64,000 nucleotides of DNA from Mayamaea pseudoterrestris (lineage: Eukaryota), in contig BROI01000006.1 of assembly GCA_027923505.1 (NCBI GenBank), positions 1 through 64,000 on the forward strand, read 5' to 3'. The notes beneath the pieces were generated by a model. The model searched no databases. It was not told the DNA's origin and saw nothing but the letters and a program-made list of their open reading frames with translations. The position numbers and the translations under genes are program-made. This document shows positions 35,301 through 45,867 of this stretch, one piece after another (position 1 is the stretch's first letter; each line of letters begins with the position of its first letter).

Positions 35301-37126
35301 TCAGCTAATCTCTCGTGCTGCGCCAGCGAGTCTCTCATAAACTGGATCTCTTGCAGATGCTCTTCCTCCATGGCAAGTTTCTGCTCGGCCAAATCGTGTA
35401 GGGATTGCTTCAGATCGCGTTCCGAGTCAAGAAGCTCTACAATGGCGGCACTTTTCTGCGTCACATCTTGCTCTAGAATGTCAATTTTCTGCGCCTGAAC
35501 AGCTAACGCACCGATGCTCTCTTGTTGCTGCAATTTCGCCTGTCGGCGAATTTCCAGTCGCTCCTCTTCCCATGCGCATTTCTCCTCCATCATATCCTCC
35601 GATGAAGCTACGGCTGCTGCAAGCTGAACATGTATTGCTTGTAATTGTGTTTCAATAGTTGTGCGTTCGGACTGGCATTGCTCTAGCGCAGCTAGCGCCG
35701 AGCGATCGACTGCGACTGTTTGTTCTTGCTGAGCTATAATTTCTTCAAGCTCATGGACCCGCTCCACTAGCTTCCTATTCATCGATTGCTCTTCTCTATC
35801 CAACTGACGAGCACTTTCAAGTTCTTGTTCACGTTCGCTCAGAGTTCTTCGCAACTTTGCCGCATCAGTCTCTTTGACCTGGATAGTTTGCTTCAGCCGC
35901 AAAATTTCCGCATCGCGAAATCTCAACGCTTCGTTTAGCTCAAAGGTAGATTGGATATAGTTCTGCCGCTCCTGCTGAAGGTCGAGACTGGCGCTACGAA
36001 CAAGCCTTTGCCGCTCCGCTTCCCAAGCGTTCTTCTCTTCCATTAGCTTTTCCGCATTAGCCAAGCAGGCTCTGCGTTTCTCGTCGACGAGTGCAAACTC
36101 CTTTTCAAGCTGGTGCAGTCGCTTGATCAGGTCGTCTCGGTCGTCTTGACATTGTTTCAACTGGCTGCGTGTTAATTCGATAGCTTTAATGGACTTTTTA
36201 TGTTGAGCCAGCGTCTCCTCCAGGCTCTGCACTTGTTTCGTCAGTTCCACATTTTTACTTCGTAGATTGTTCGACTCCTTCACCTTGTCCGTCTCGGAAG
36301 CGCACCGCGCCGAAAGACTAACAATTTCTCGCTCGCGATTGGCAAGCTGCTTGTTCAACGTTTGCTTGTCCATTTCCAGCCGCGTAGCCTTGGTGGAGAG
36401 TGCCTCTCGCTCCTGCTCAATCTCCTGCAAACCGGTTTCAATCTTTTTCAGTTTGGTGGTAAGCGTCTGCAGCTGCTCGTCTTTTCCAGTGCACTCGTCC
36501 TCCTTGGCTTGGATCAAGTCCAACAGCTCACTAACATCTGTATTTTCATTCTCCAAAATATGAACGCGTCGTCGCAAATAGTCAATCTGTCGTCGCAATC
36601 GTGACATTGTCGCAGGAGTTGACGAATGCGAAGCGGGAGACAAATTTCCGCTAGACGCATACGTACTGCTGCTATCTCGAGCGGAAGGGAGAATATTGTG
36701 GCGTTTGTTCTTCAAGGGTGATGTTTGCTTTCGGGGTGTCATCAACATGCTTGGCGGTGTCGGCTTACAAGTGTGAATTGTTGTCTTGTCGTCGCTACTT
36801 GCTCTCTTATGACTGCGACTGCTGCTGCTTCTACTTGCGTGGCTCATGTTGCACGGAGAAACAACGCGAGGAACGGACGATGCTTTGCTCGTGGCTGCCG
36901 TGGACTCATCGTCGGGTGATTTGGTGCAAAGCTTGTTGCGACGCGAGGCATTGGGCGAAATTGCCGTAAAAACGGCTCGAGAGGCGCTTGACTTTGTAGG
37001 ACGCTGAAAGGATGGCGAAGAAATATCGTTGGTCTTGCTATTTGGGCAAGGTGTCCAACGTCGCTTCTCCTCAAACAAGGCAATCTTTGCGGAAGCCGGC
37101 AGCCGGCTGGGTGACACAAAATTCAT
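32315..37126 (-). CDS. Large coiled-coil protein (1603 aa) with Ser/Pro-rich N-terminus
   Basis: Long intact ORF with heptad E/Q/L/K/R composition; internal repeats EKxAWEEER and ELxQCQxER. Confidence 0.85.
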   Translation of the reverse strand: MNFVSPSRLPASAKIALFEEKRRWTPCPNSKTNDISSPSFQRPTKSSASRAVFTAISPNASRRNKLCTKSPDDESTAATSKASSVPRVVSPCNMSHASRSSSSRSHKRASSDDKTTIHTCKPTPPSMLMTPRKQTSPLKNKRHNILPSARDSSSTYASSGNLSPASHSSTPATMSRLRRQIDYLRRRVHILENENTDVSELLDLIQAKEDECTGKDEQLQTLTTKLKKIETGLQEIEQEREALSTKATRLEMDKQTLNKQLANREREIVSLSARCASETDKVKESNNLRSKNVELTKQVQSLEETLAQHKKSIKAIELTRSQLKQCQDDRDDLIKRLHQLEKEFALVDEKRRACLANAEKLMEEKNAWEAERQRLVRSASLDLQQERQNYIQSTFELNEALRFRDAEILRLKQTIQVKETDAAKLRRTLSEREQELESARQLDREEQSMNRKLVERVHELEEIIAQQEQTVAVDRSALAALEQCQSERTTIETQLQAIHVQLAAAVASSEDMMEEKCAWEEERLEIRRQAKLQQQESIGALAVQAQKIDILEQDVTQKSAAIVELLDSERDLKQSLHDLAEQKLAMEEEHLQEIQFMRDSLAQHERLAEAHAHDLELDHKLANVTKHDNGHEEKLGESAHDSIDENQFRDQRIYALVVANQQKETVISTLRVDMERLKDNMKTLKKTCDGDKLNLQQELRQCRLELEQQHADSISLNQLIAELRRERDELRENLVVYEQDLSSLNQKFIITFATSRQLANEKCAWEEERLRLEDKALGDLNELRQRHAQSNQELEDSLKVQDELIATMQTSAYEKERTLTLRIAGLEDDLNQAKAEVADFGVARVEQTQVGQELHDALTRLANASSDFDLLAQSRDKLQKCLDDTELQLHDIRTKYSDATSKLENCCRELLLCQHDRDNLQQRLNDTEDALIESEARFVIASSEAVETRQELTQCQNKVEDCQRLLEQRERELIDAKDESVTALSEAAKARQDLTQCQSDLDEVLQRLQRKELDMTESITRYDSTNTELNALRWELEQCQTERDGFRNELEQTEKTLMESLARLNSASTEYEIVCRELAQGESERGNLQRCLEQSEIQLAEARALHTSATTETIAIRLELVQSQSERNDFQQRLEQSELMLADTLSRHASKTTEAKQELAQCQTERSDFQRRLEYVEQQYLTLDNRYQLCLAARDCLAEEKREMQAKINELDLHKQRQIQSMRELIDEQKAESICTKKLQMTVSENEKTIEALQMTLTDMRSKLKNLGEMQMSIESLKTQLENKDSLVAMLKDEVESTMTQMMAASSLVEKAADCDAKMNTLTTELEALQREKEAFTDMKLQLDIRVAELEAETIKLAIGNSFAEWRLDSYEVRATCQMLTPPGSPFEERDDLETDSLNRDSLIEGLRQQCAESDKDIVQLTEEIVSLVKERDELRNECLSLQQYKQDACLDRRGLLNSLEKHASSVDKLTKLERSTIDKLAASEQALKTARFAVKERDEKIKALECELKKLVTGSRCLGRIAPDSIQASHVYGLQKVAARQATPFHFSSSSDPVPVSDDEESYALDRSDDSDEILFNSLSTTANDSLVDLNLDVDLETLLAL

Positions 37127-37492
37127 GGCTATTGGTAATTGGAAATTTGAAAGAAGCTACTTGCTCGTTCACTAAGAAGAAAGCTGCGCATGTATTTCAT
37201 AAAAGTAATTCTCTTAGGACAGCTATGGCGGCGACGGAACTCCGAATAGTCGTTCGTCCCGGACGCAAGATTTTGAACGACCGTCATGTCGCTCGTGCAT
37301 GCCACCAGGCGCGCGCGGCCAGCCAACGACGACAAAGATACTCTTTTCATTGCCGCTTGGCGTGACTGGATTTTCCGCCGCGCCGATGACGACCTTCGTT
37401 CCTTCATTTTCGTTCATTCTTTCATTTGCTTTTGTTCAGTTCTAAACATCAAGGTGCCCTTGGCTTATACTGCGTCCGAAATTTATCTGATC

Positions 37493-38362
37493 ATGATACT
37501 GCAAAAAAAGGTTTTTGGTCACTTCTTTATTGCGCCGCCATGGCACACGCATTCGTCGTACAACCTGCATTACAAAATCAACGTCATTCGCCACAACAAT
37601 CTTCTCTCAACTTGTTTAACAAAATCTTTGAAGAATCCGGTCCACTCGGCAAGGGAATCACAGTCGGAAAGGTTCAAGTCGCTTTATTTTGCAAGGACCG
37701 ATCACGAAACTCCATCTTTGGCGTGTTGGAACGGGCGACGCAAGGTTCCGATTCGTCGTCGTCGGCCGACTTGGCGCGACTCACCAACGAAGTTTGTCTG
37801 CAGTTGCTGCGACGGAGCGATGACTGGACGGCAGCCTGCAGCGAATCTCAATGGTACGGTCAAAACGATTCCGGCAAGGCCGAAAGCTACTACAATGATT
37901 TGGCGACGCGCGAGGCTGCCAAATTTGAAAAGGTGCGAAGACGACTCGTCGCGTAGCGAAACCTTGGCAAGTGAGTCGCTCACGTTTCGTCACTCTTGTA
38001 CTATTGTAGGAGTATGATCAAGTCTCTAGCCACGATGGTGAAGATGCTGCATCCACAATGGTTGTGGTAAGCTTGATTGTCGAGATTGAGGGCGATAACA
38101 CAAAGTAAGTCAGCTCTTTATGACGGCATTGCTTAAAAAATCCTTGCTCACTTTACAAACATACGTCTCTTGCAGCTTTAAGGGTGCAGGCTACAGCTTG
38201 GCTGGAACCAAGGAAGTGCTGACCAGCCTTGCTAGCGATGCCATGGTGGAAAGTGGCGACTGTGTCAATGCGGCCGAAGTGTTTTGGTGTCCAGGCGAAA
38301 AAGATGAAGTTCTAAGTAACGCTGACCTCATTATCGACTTTCCCGAACTCATTGACCTGTAG
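37493..38362 (+). CDS. DUF1517 (FLAP1-like) protein, plastid-type presequence; introns 37933-38009 and 38105-38175; start ambiguous
   Basis: VGKVQVAL, LARLTNEVCLQLLRR, REAAKFEKE, VVVSLIVEIEG, AEVFWCP..EVLS..DFPELIDL; AHAFVV cleavage motif; ATG at 37493 is out of frame by one base. Confidence 0.75.
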
Positions 38363-38461
38363 CAAAGGACAGCGACGTCCTGCCCTATCGGCAACTCCAG
38401 CTAGCTATATGACTCTATATCATTAAATAACCGCTACACTATCCATACCAACCGTATCTAT

Positions 38462-39820
38462 CTAATGGTAACCAGGAACACGGAAAAAGTGGCCTCCCAC
38501 TCTGTAGGCATGCAAGTATCGAAAGGCTTCCTTTTCAATCGGCAATGCATCAATGCCGAGGTCCTTCATGGTGAGAATTTTCGAGTCACCTTCCGCTTGC
38601 GCATCATAGAGCTCCTGCGTCGACATGGTTGGCAAAAAGTCCTCACCCCACACATCCACCAAGTCCGTGACAAGCATTGGCTCTCGTTGCAGCTGCAACA
38701 CACGCGCCAGCGCCTTGTAGTAGGGATACGGTAACTCAAACATTGGTCGGTTGCGTTCGGTAATATCATTGACAAACTCGGCCAGCTCCTTGTACGAGTA
38801 GTCCGTCGGCCCAAAGCAATCAATCTGGCGTCCCGCAAACTTTTGCGGATCGTCGCACACTTTTAGAATCGTGCGCGCCACGTCTCCCACCCACACGGGC
38901 TGCGTCAATGTCTTGCCGCCATCCAGCAGCGGCACGCACAGCAACCACTGCGCCAAATTGGCAAAGGTGTTTAGCAGCTTGTCCTGCTTGCCAAAGAGTT
39001 GCGTCGGCTTGATAATCGTGGCCCAGGGATAAATCTGCTTGACCGCACGCTCACCCTCGTACTTGGTGCGCGACCACTCCGACTTGGACAGCGGATCGGC
39101 CGAGGCACTGGAAACGTGAATCAAACTGTCCACCTGCATGTCAAAACAAGCCTGCGCAATCGTCTTGGCGACAGTGACATTGGTATCGTAGTAGCTATAG
39201 TTGGTTTGGTAGCTTATGTATGGAAACTTGCTTGTTTGAATAGGCTGTCCCGTTTCGTAGTACTTGCCGATCATGTTGACCACCACGTCGGCATCGGCAA
39301 TCACCTCGCGCACCGAGTCAACGTCGCGGGGACTGTAAAACACGAAACGCGTGCGGCCCAAGTCGAAGCTGACCTTAATGTCGCGCATCTCCATGTCGTC
39401 GCCGCGATTGCCAAGGTAGGCAGTGAAGCCGTTGGCTCCTGGAGAAAGAGAGAGAGATGATGGAATTGGTTGGATTGTTAGCGAAAAATTCTAGTGGAAT
39501 GGCTCTATCTATCACTCATGCTCAAGAACTCCTAAAGATTTTTCTTTCGATTACACCTTATTTCAGATCCTCGTAAAGATAATACATCTTCTATACAAAC
39601 ACATACCAAGTTCGTGACAAACGTGTCGTCCCAAAAAGCCGCTCGCTCCAAAGACTGCCACCCGCAGTCCAGCTTCGCTCTGCCGCCCACCCGGTCCGCC
39701 CTCGCCGGGTCGACGCTCCGTCAAGGTTGGAACGTAGTAGGGCGTTGCGTGTTTGGCACTCGAAAAGAGTCGCGCGCGCAGCAATAGATTGGTCGTTGGT
39801 TGCCGCAGACGAATCATCAT
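38462..39820 (-). CDS. NDUFA9: NADH:ubiquinone oxidoreductase 39-kDa subunit, exons 39820-39607 and 39438-38462
   Basis: GPGGRQS..VAVFGASGFLGRHV, DLG, DVVVNMIG, SEWSRTKYEGE, QPVWVGDVA; mitochondrial-type presequence. Confidence 0.93.
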
Positions 39821-40097
39821 GGTGGATTGTGTGTGTCGTCGAGGCGCGGACGAGACTGACGACTTGGAAAACTTTAACTGTAAGTAGTTAGTGTAAGTGA
39901 CGGTAAGACTAAGAAAAAGGGGGCCACCCCCAAGTTGCCTCGCGATGCATTGCGCGCGAAGTCTTTTTCGCTCGAGGGGGGTGGCTCTTTCGAGTCGTTT
40001 TGACACGGAACGAACACACACAAGCGGCCGAAAGACTCCCACAGGCAGTTTGTTGAAAAGCAATTACACTTGCTGTAGCAGACAGTATTATTAAAAA

Positions 40098-42191
40098 ATG
40101 AAGAGCATGACTGCAGCAGCCACCCTTGTGGCAGCTGCCATTTCGATGGGGAGCGCCGCTGCGGCCTACGACACCAACTCGAGTCGCCTGATGATTCATG
40201 TAAGTCGCTTCATTCTGCCATCTCGACGAAGAACAACAGCCATGACAATGTATTGACGAATCGGCACAAGATTTTGATACATCTATATGGAAGAGTGTGC
40301 GAGTGCGATGAAATTAGTAGAGCAGCTCGCGGTCATTCGAACGCAATCGCACGAGCGATCCGAAGCATCATGTCTTTTTGCACGGGAGGTCCGACGAAAT
40401 GAATCACATTTGGATCGACGAAAATGACTCGCATATCAGCAAAGCTCTTACGTTATATTATATTCACTCACTTGTTACACAGATTCCCCATTCACTCTTT
40501 AAGGAAAAGGGCTACGACCACCGCGAGGCGCTCTTTGGCATGCCTCCGTACGGCGGAAGCATTGCCCAGCAAGTCTACTACGCCGACAGTGACCTTTGCG
40601 ACGACAACGTCGATCCCACGAGAGGATATCCCCAGCGCGACAAGGACTCCAAGGGAAACCGCAAGCCGTGGGAATCGCCCTTTATTCTCATGGTGGATCG
40701 GGGTGGTTGTACCTTTGTCAAGAAGGTGAGTTTATTATACATCGTCGCTTTATATTTATTCAATTGATTGGAGACTGAACAGAGCCGATGCTTAATTGAG
40801 TGAATCGGAATTTTGAATTGGTGGAACGGCGCGATTTGGATGTGTTGTGTGCGAGACTGGATATCCATCGTTTTTGCATTGATTATCGATTGTTTTGACG
40901 GTAAATAATTCTTTCGCTCTTGGCCAACTGTCAACATTTCTCATTTGTCTTTTACTTTCAGGTCCGCAACGCTCAACGCGCTGGTGCTGCCGGAGTTGTG
41001 ATTGCCGACAATACCTGCCTTTGCTCGGACGAGAACTGCATGGCCAGATCCGACTCACCGTCCTGCGAAACGACCGAACCAATCATGGCGGACGATGGAT
41101 CGGGTAGCGACATTTCTGTGCCATCCTTTTTAATGTACAAGCATGATGCTGACCTCGTCAAGGACGAGCTCATGCAGAACCGCCCCGTCCAATTGGAAAT
41201 GTCGTGGAAGTTGCCGAATCCGGATGACCGCGTCGAGTATGACCTTTGGACCGTCCCCAAGGATCCCACGAGTCGTGACTTTTTGCTGCGGTTCAAAAAG
41301 CTTGCCGTGGCGCTTGGATCGCACGCGTACTTTACTCCGCACATGTACATTTACGATGGAGTGCGCTCGCACTGCCATGGATCTGATGGCAACGAGAACT
41401 TTTGCGGTTCGTTGTGCACCAGCAAGGGACGCTATTGTGCCACTGATCCTGACAGTGACTTGGAGCGAGGGATCTCGGGAGCAGACGTGGTGAGAGAGAG
41501 TCTGCGCCGGCTATGCATTTGGGATTTGTATGGAGTGGATGATGGGATTGGCGCTCAGTGGTGGGACTACATTGCCGAGTTTGACGCTCGATGCGATAAT
41601 CCAGACTTTTTCATGAGCCAGGACTGCGTCAATGATGCTTACAAACATGCCAAGATTGACGGCGGCAGAGTGGAGAGCTGCATGAAGGACAGTGGTGACT
41701 TGAATGCTGATAAGAGTAACTCCAAGCTCGACACGGAGATTATTTCTCAGACGCAGCGAGGTGTTGTAGTTATTCCGACAGCCTTTATTAACACTGCGGC
41801 CATTCGAGGCTCGCTGACACCGACGAATGTCTTTGCTGCAATTTGCGCTGGATTTAGTGAAGGAACGGCGCCGGATATATGCAAAAAGTGTGGCACTTGC
41901 TCGAATGCTGTTGGCTGCGTTGAAAAGGGATATTGCCCGGCTAGTGACGGAGGAAGCGAATCTGGTAGTGGCGTTTCGACCCATACCTTTGTTTCTTCGC
42001 TATTCTTTGTTTGCGTCATATTTGGTTTTCTTGGAGCTTGGCATTATAAGAAGACGAGGGAGGAAATGCGAGACCAGGTGCGAGGCATTTTGGCCGAATA
42101 CATGCCTTTGGAAGATCAAGACGGCCCGCATGTCGGAGGCTCGCCAATGGACTTTGCCCGTGGTGGTGCCATGACCTCGCTCATTTCTTAA
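40098..42191 (+). CDS. Vacuolar sorting receptor (VSR/BP-80 family), exons 40098-40199, 40483-40725, 40962-42191
   Basis: Signal peptide; ALFGMPPYGG, VDRGGCTFVKKVRNAQRAGAAGV (PA domain); PDDRVEYDLW, GRYCATDPD, TM, tail RGILAEYMPL. Confidence 0.92.
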
Positions 42192-42661
42192 AGTTCAGTT
42201 TTCTTTCTTTCACTGCACTTGCTTGTATTGGAACTTATGAACATGCACACACGTAATACACATCATACTTCGTTAGCTGAAGAGTTATCACACGACATTT
42301 CAGTTGTCTATGCTTCATATAGTTGTATAGCATGATTGTCTACCTTTATGCGCCGTATACTTTACATGGTATACATTGTTTATATGCATACTCGTACTGC
42401 TAACAGGTCTGCGATAGTCAAGCCGGGCTCGACATACAGGGCTCTTTCGCAGCGAGCGGCGTAGTATATAATATGTTTATCTGTAGGTAGGTCTATTTTT
42501 TATTGTATTTTCTGTATCTGTAATTCTTTTCTTTCATGTAATTGTTTGGCGCAACCTGCGTACGCCCGGCATAATCTGGTGTGTAGTGTATGTGCAACTT
42601 CCAAAGAGTCTAATGACTTTGGCAACTGCCCCGCTGCGAAAGAGAGTAAGAGTCTGAATAT

Positions 42662-43823
42662 CTACATGACTCCAGCGACAATGGCCGACGATGAAACGTG
42701 CGCCCTTGACCCGCCGGCGGCATTCGCCAAGCAAAAGTGACGAGGCGAAGGCGAATACCGACAGCTCTTTTGGCTGTCAAAGCTGTTGTTCCTAGAGTGA
42801 CGCCCCGACCGCATCGATCCAGTGGATGTCACTGACCGCGCGTCGTACGCGTCTTGGACGTGATGCAGCAGCTGCTGCTCGGGTGGCTTGAATCGCTCGC
42901 TGCGGGGTGGAGTCGGAGAAACAGTGGCGGGTCTGTTCGTATCCACCCGCTCCAGCGCCTTGGTTTCCTCCGTCGCGACAAACATGGTGCGGAGGCGTCC
43001 TCGCGCAGACGTGACTGTCGGATGGCGGCAATCGAGTCCCAACTTGCTCTGTATGTCGTAGATGAAACGTTCCCGCGTGCTCGCGGGAACCTTGCTGTAG
43101 CTCGTGTCATCGAACACATTCAAAATGGCAGCGAGCGCCACAGTCGAGTTTGAGATAGCGATAAAGTACGAGTCGCAGACAGCCAACTCTGTAAGATATC
43201 TAGCCATTTCAAAGATATCCTTGCGGACGCTTGGGTGCACTTGGTCCGTCAGAAACAGGACCAAATGCGACACAAACGCGTACTGCGTCGGTGGATGAAT
43301 CCTCCACTTTAATGCACTCAGTATCTTGAACTCCATTGCTTCAATGTCGGTCGGTCCAAACTGACCGCGGCTAAGATTGGAGAGAGTGGCGATCTTGATG
43401 CGCTTGGGATCGTATAGCTTGATGGCGATCGCGAGTGTAGTGAGCGATGTGAGTAACGCAAGGTTCCCGTTACATTGTACGCCGGCAAGGTATCTGTCAA
43501 ACAAGTCGAGCGAAACGGCAACGACTTCTCGAGAAAGGTCAAAGCTGAAAGAGAAAATACGAAGACATGTTAGGCCTGTTGAAGAGGTGAGGGCGAACAT
43601 CGAGCACCTCGAGGCGATTGGCGAAGACTTACTGATCGACCACATTGTAGGCCCACTGGCAAATCTTTTCTCTCCAAGTGTTGTTCAAGTGGCTATTCGC
43701 CTCGACAATGGGAGGCAAGTAAAGTTTGTATGCATACGCCGTTTCTTCTTGCCTCTGCATGACAAGCAATCGATCTACCAAGTCCTCCGCGCTTGGGAAA
43801 GAATACGATCCAGGGTTGCTCAT
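42662..43823 (-). CDS. Cyclin of the diatom-expanded (dsCYC-like) type, exons 43823-43633 and 43544-42662
   Basis: WREKICQWAYNVVDHFDLSREVVAVSLDLFDRYL, IAIKL, LSRGQF, MEFKILSALKWRIHPPT, YLTELAVCD. Confidence 0.9.
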
Positions 43824-44186
43824 TCTACGCCAGAATCAATCGTGAATTCTCGATACACAACTTTCTTCAACGTTATCGAGACAACTATTAACTATAGCTG
43901 CTCAATAGAATGGCCGATCGAAAACGTGGGAGGGACAAGGTCTACCGATGTAAACTTGTGGGCCTGACCAAAGATTTTGCGCTCGAATCGAAGCGCCACC
44001 ATGGAAGAAAAAAGCGAGGTCACCAAAGTGACGAGCGTCGGACAAACGCACGACACACTTTGCGCCAGAGTCGCATGCTTGAACTTGCAACTATGCGATC
44101 AAAGTGTTGGATTTGAGTCTGGCGTAATATAGCCGTTACATGACCATCGTGTGGCTGTGGTTGATCGGCGTCGGCGTTCCTCTCGC

Positions 44187-44300
44187 TGACGTAAGCGGGC
44201 TTAATTTGAGGCGATGACGTCGTGCAACGCTGAGTGACGTTTCACGCCGCGCGAGCCGTTTCCCAGTTTGCCTTCCCCATTGTTCCGAGCGCCTGACTCA
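44187..44300. promoter_or_regulatory. Cluster of bZIP-type sites: 3x TGACGT and one TGACTCA
   Basis: TGACGT at 44187, 44215, 44235; TGACTCA at 44294; lies in the divergent promoter between the cyclin and the patatin-like gene. Confidence 0.5.
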
Positions 44301-44376
44301 TGAGGCGACGCCATGAGCACAAGCGCGGATCATCTTGTGAACAAAGGACGAGCGATCTGCCAATAAACCAATTGCA

Positions 44377-45552
44377 ATGCCTGACAAGAGCTTGGACGAA
44401 AGCTCAAACAATCACAAGCCGATACAACCAAAGATGGAGCTCCCCCAGCTGCGATCCTTGAAAGTCGCTGAAGCAATGAGCAGCAACGGCAGCAGCAGTA
44501 GCTCGAGCGATTCATCGTGCTCATCTGATCGCCGAGATTCCTCTGTCGCATGCACTGAGCAACCTTCAGACGAGTCAGTGTCTCTGGTCGCTTCTGATGT
44601 TTCGTCTGACGATGATTCGCAGGACTTTCATGTCAGTTCATTCGAAAAATGCGCGTCATCTCATTGTGAGATGACAATGACAATGAAGAAAGGTTCACGC
44701 ATGCGACTCTCCGCCGAATCTTCATCCAAATACACATCGAAATCTTCAACCTTGAACAATGAAGCTGGACGACGACCCGTCTGGTACTTTTTGTTTCTCC
44801 TGTGCTTGCTCGCCTTGGCGCACGACCTTTTCAACCTTTACAACAAGTCAGCGGATGACGACGCAACGACAGCATCAAGTACCCATCATTCATCCGACTG
44901 CATTTACGTTCCCGGCGGCGGATTCTCCGGTTTTTGGTTCACTCTGGGTCGTTTGCAAAGCATTCCCAAGCATGAGCGGCTGGATCACGAGTACTACTGC
45001 TACTCGGCGGGTTGCCTGGCCGTCATTGCTTCGGCCGTCTTGGACAAGAACATGGAGCAAATGTACGATATGGCGCATAACGTGCAAAAGCAGTGGCAGA
45101 ATGGAACGATTGACCGATATAGCGTTGTTCGAACATTTTTGGATGATTTGCTAAATGTAGCAGCAGCGGAAGTGAACACTTCCGGCGTGCAAAACACCTC
45201 CGCAACCAACGAGAGGCTTGAGTTAACGTCGGCTCTCTCCAAGATTCACATTATCACCACGACGCAGCATGGCTGGATGGGCGCCAAGACGGAGATTCGA
45301 ACGGCCACCAACTTTGGCGACTTGCACGAAATGCTTCTGCAGACAACGTGGATTCCCTTTGCCGTTGGAAACGGATTATGGCACAAGCAACACATGGACG
45401 GCGCCTTTACAGCGCTTCGCCATCCAACGTGCCAACGAAGTATGGGCCTAGCCATGCATCCCTGGCTGTTGGCGAACGTGGTCAATGTCAACCTGCCTCG
45501 TAGTGGAGTGGAAGCGTTTTGGAATCTTGGTCTCAACTATGGACTTGCGTAA
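44377..45552 (+). CDS. Patatin-like phospholipase-domain membrane protein
   Basis: Ser-rich N-terminus, TM WYFLFLLCLLALA, PGGGFSGFW, CYSAG (GxSxG variant), MDGAF. Confidence 0.65.
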   Translation: MPDKSLDESSNNHKPIQPKMELPQLRSLKVAEAMSSNGSSSSSSDSSCSSDRRDSSVACTEQPSDESVSLVASDVSSDDDSQDFHVSSFEKCASSHCEMTMTMKKGSRMRLSAESSSKYTSKSSTLNNEAGRRPVWYFLFLLCLLALAHDLFNLYNKSADDDATTASSTHHSSDCIYVPGGGFSGFWFTLGRLQSIPKHERLDHEYYCYSAGCLAVIASAVLDKNMEQMYDMAHNVQKQWQNGTIDRYSVVRTFLDDLLNVAAAEVNTSGVQNTSATNERLELTSALSKIHIITTTQHGWMGAKTEIRTATNFGDLHEMLLQTTWIPFAVGNGLWHKQHMDGAFTALRHPTCQRSMGLAMHPWLLANVVNVNLPRSGVEAFWNLGLNYGLA

Positions 45553-45867
45553 CGACCCATGAGTCTGTTTCACTAGAGATAAATCAATGTAAATTTTTGC
45601 ACATATCTTGTCTGAAGATAGGTGGCAGTCAGCAGTCAGCAGCCTCTTTCGAATTGGGGCGTATCCAGTAGCTAAAACAAACCTGAACTGAATTGTCGGA
45701 GCGGTTTCGGAGGGTACGTCATCTGCCTCCAAAAGGTTGGGTCGTCGTTCATTCTTTGGCATATCGAACATCACACTACCATCATCGACGACAGCATTTG
45801 CTTGTTGTTTTGATCTGAAAGAGCTTTCATAGATACTCCAAACCAATACCGAAGTACAGTCAGAAAC

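Noticed and set aside
37286..38017. 243-aa ORF overlapping the DUF1517 gene
   Set aside because: Alternative frame with no protein-like features; the DUF1517 frame explains the region
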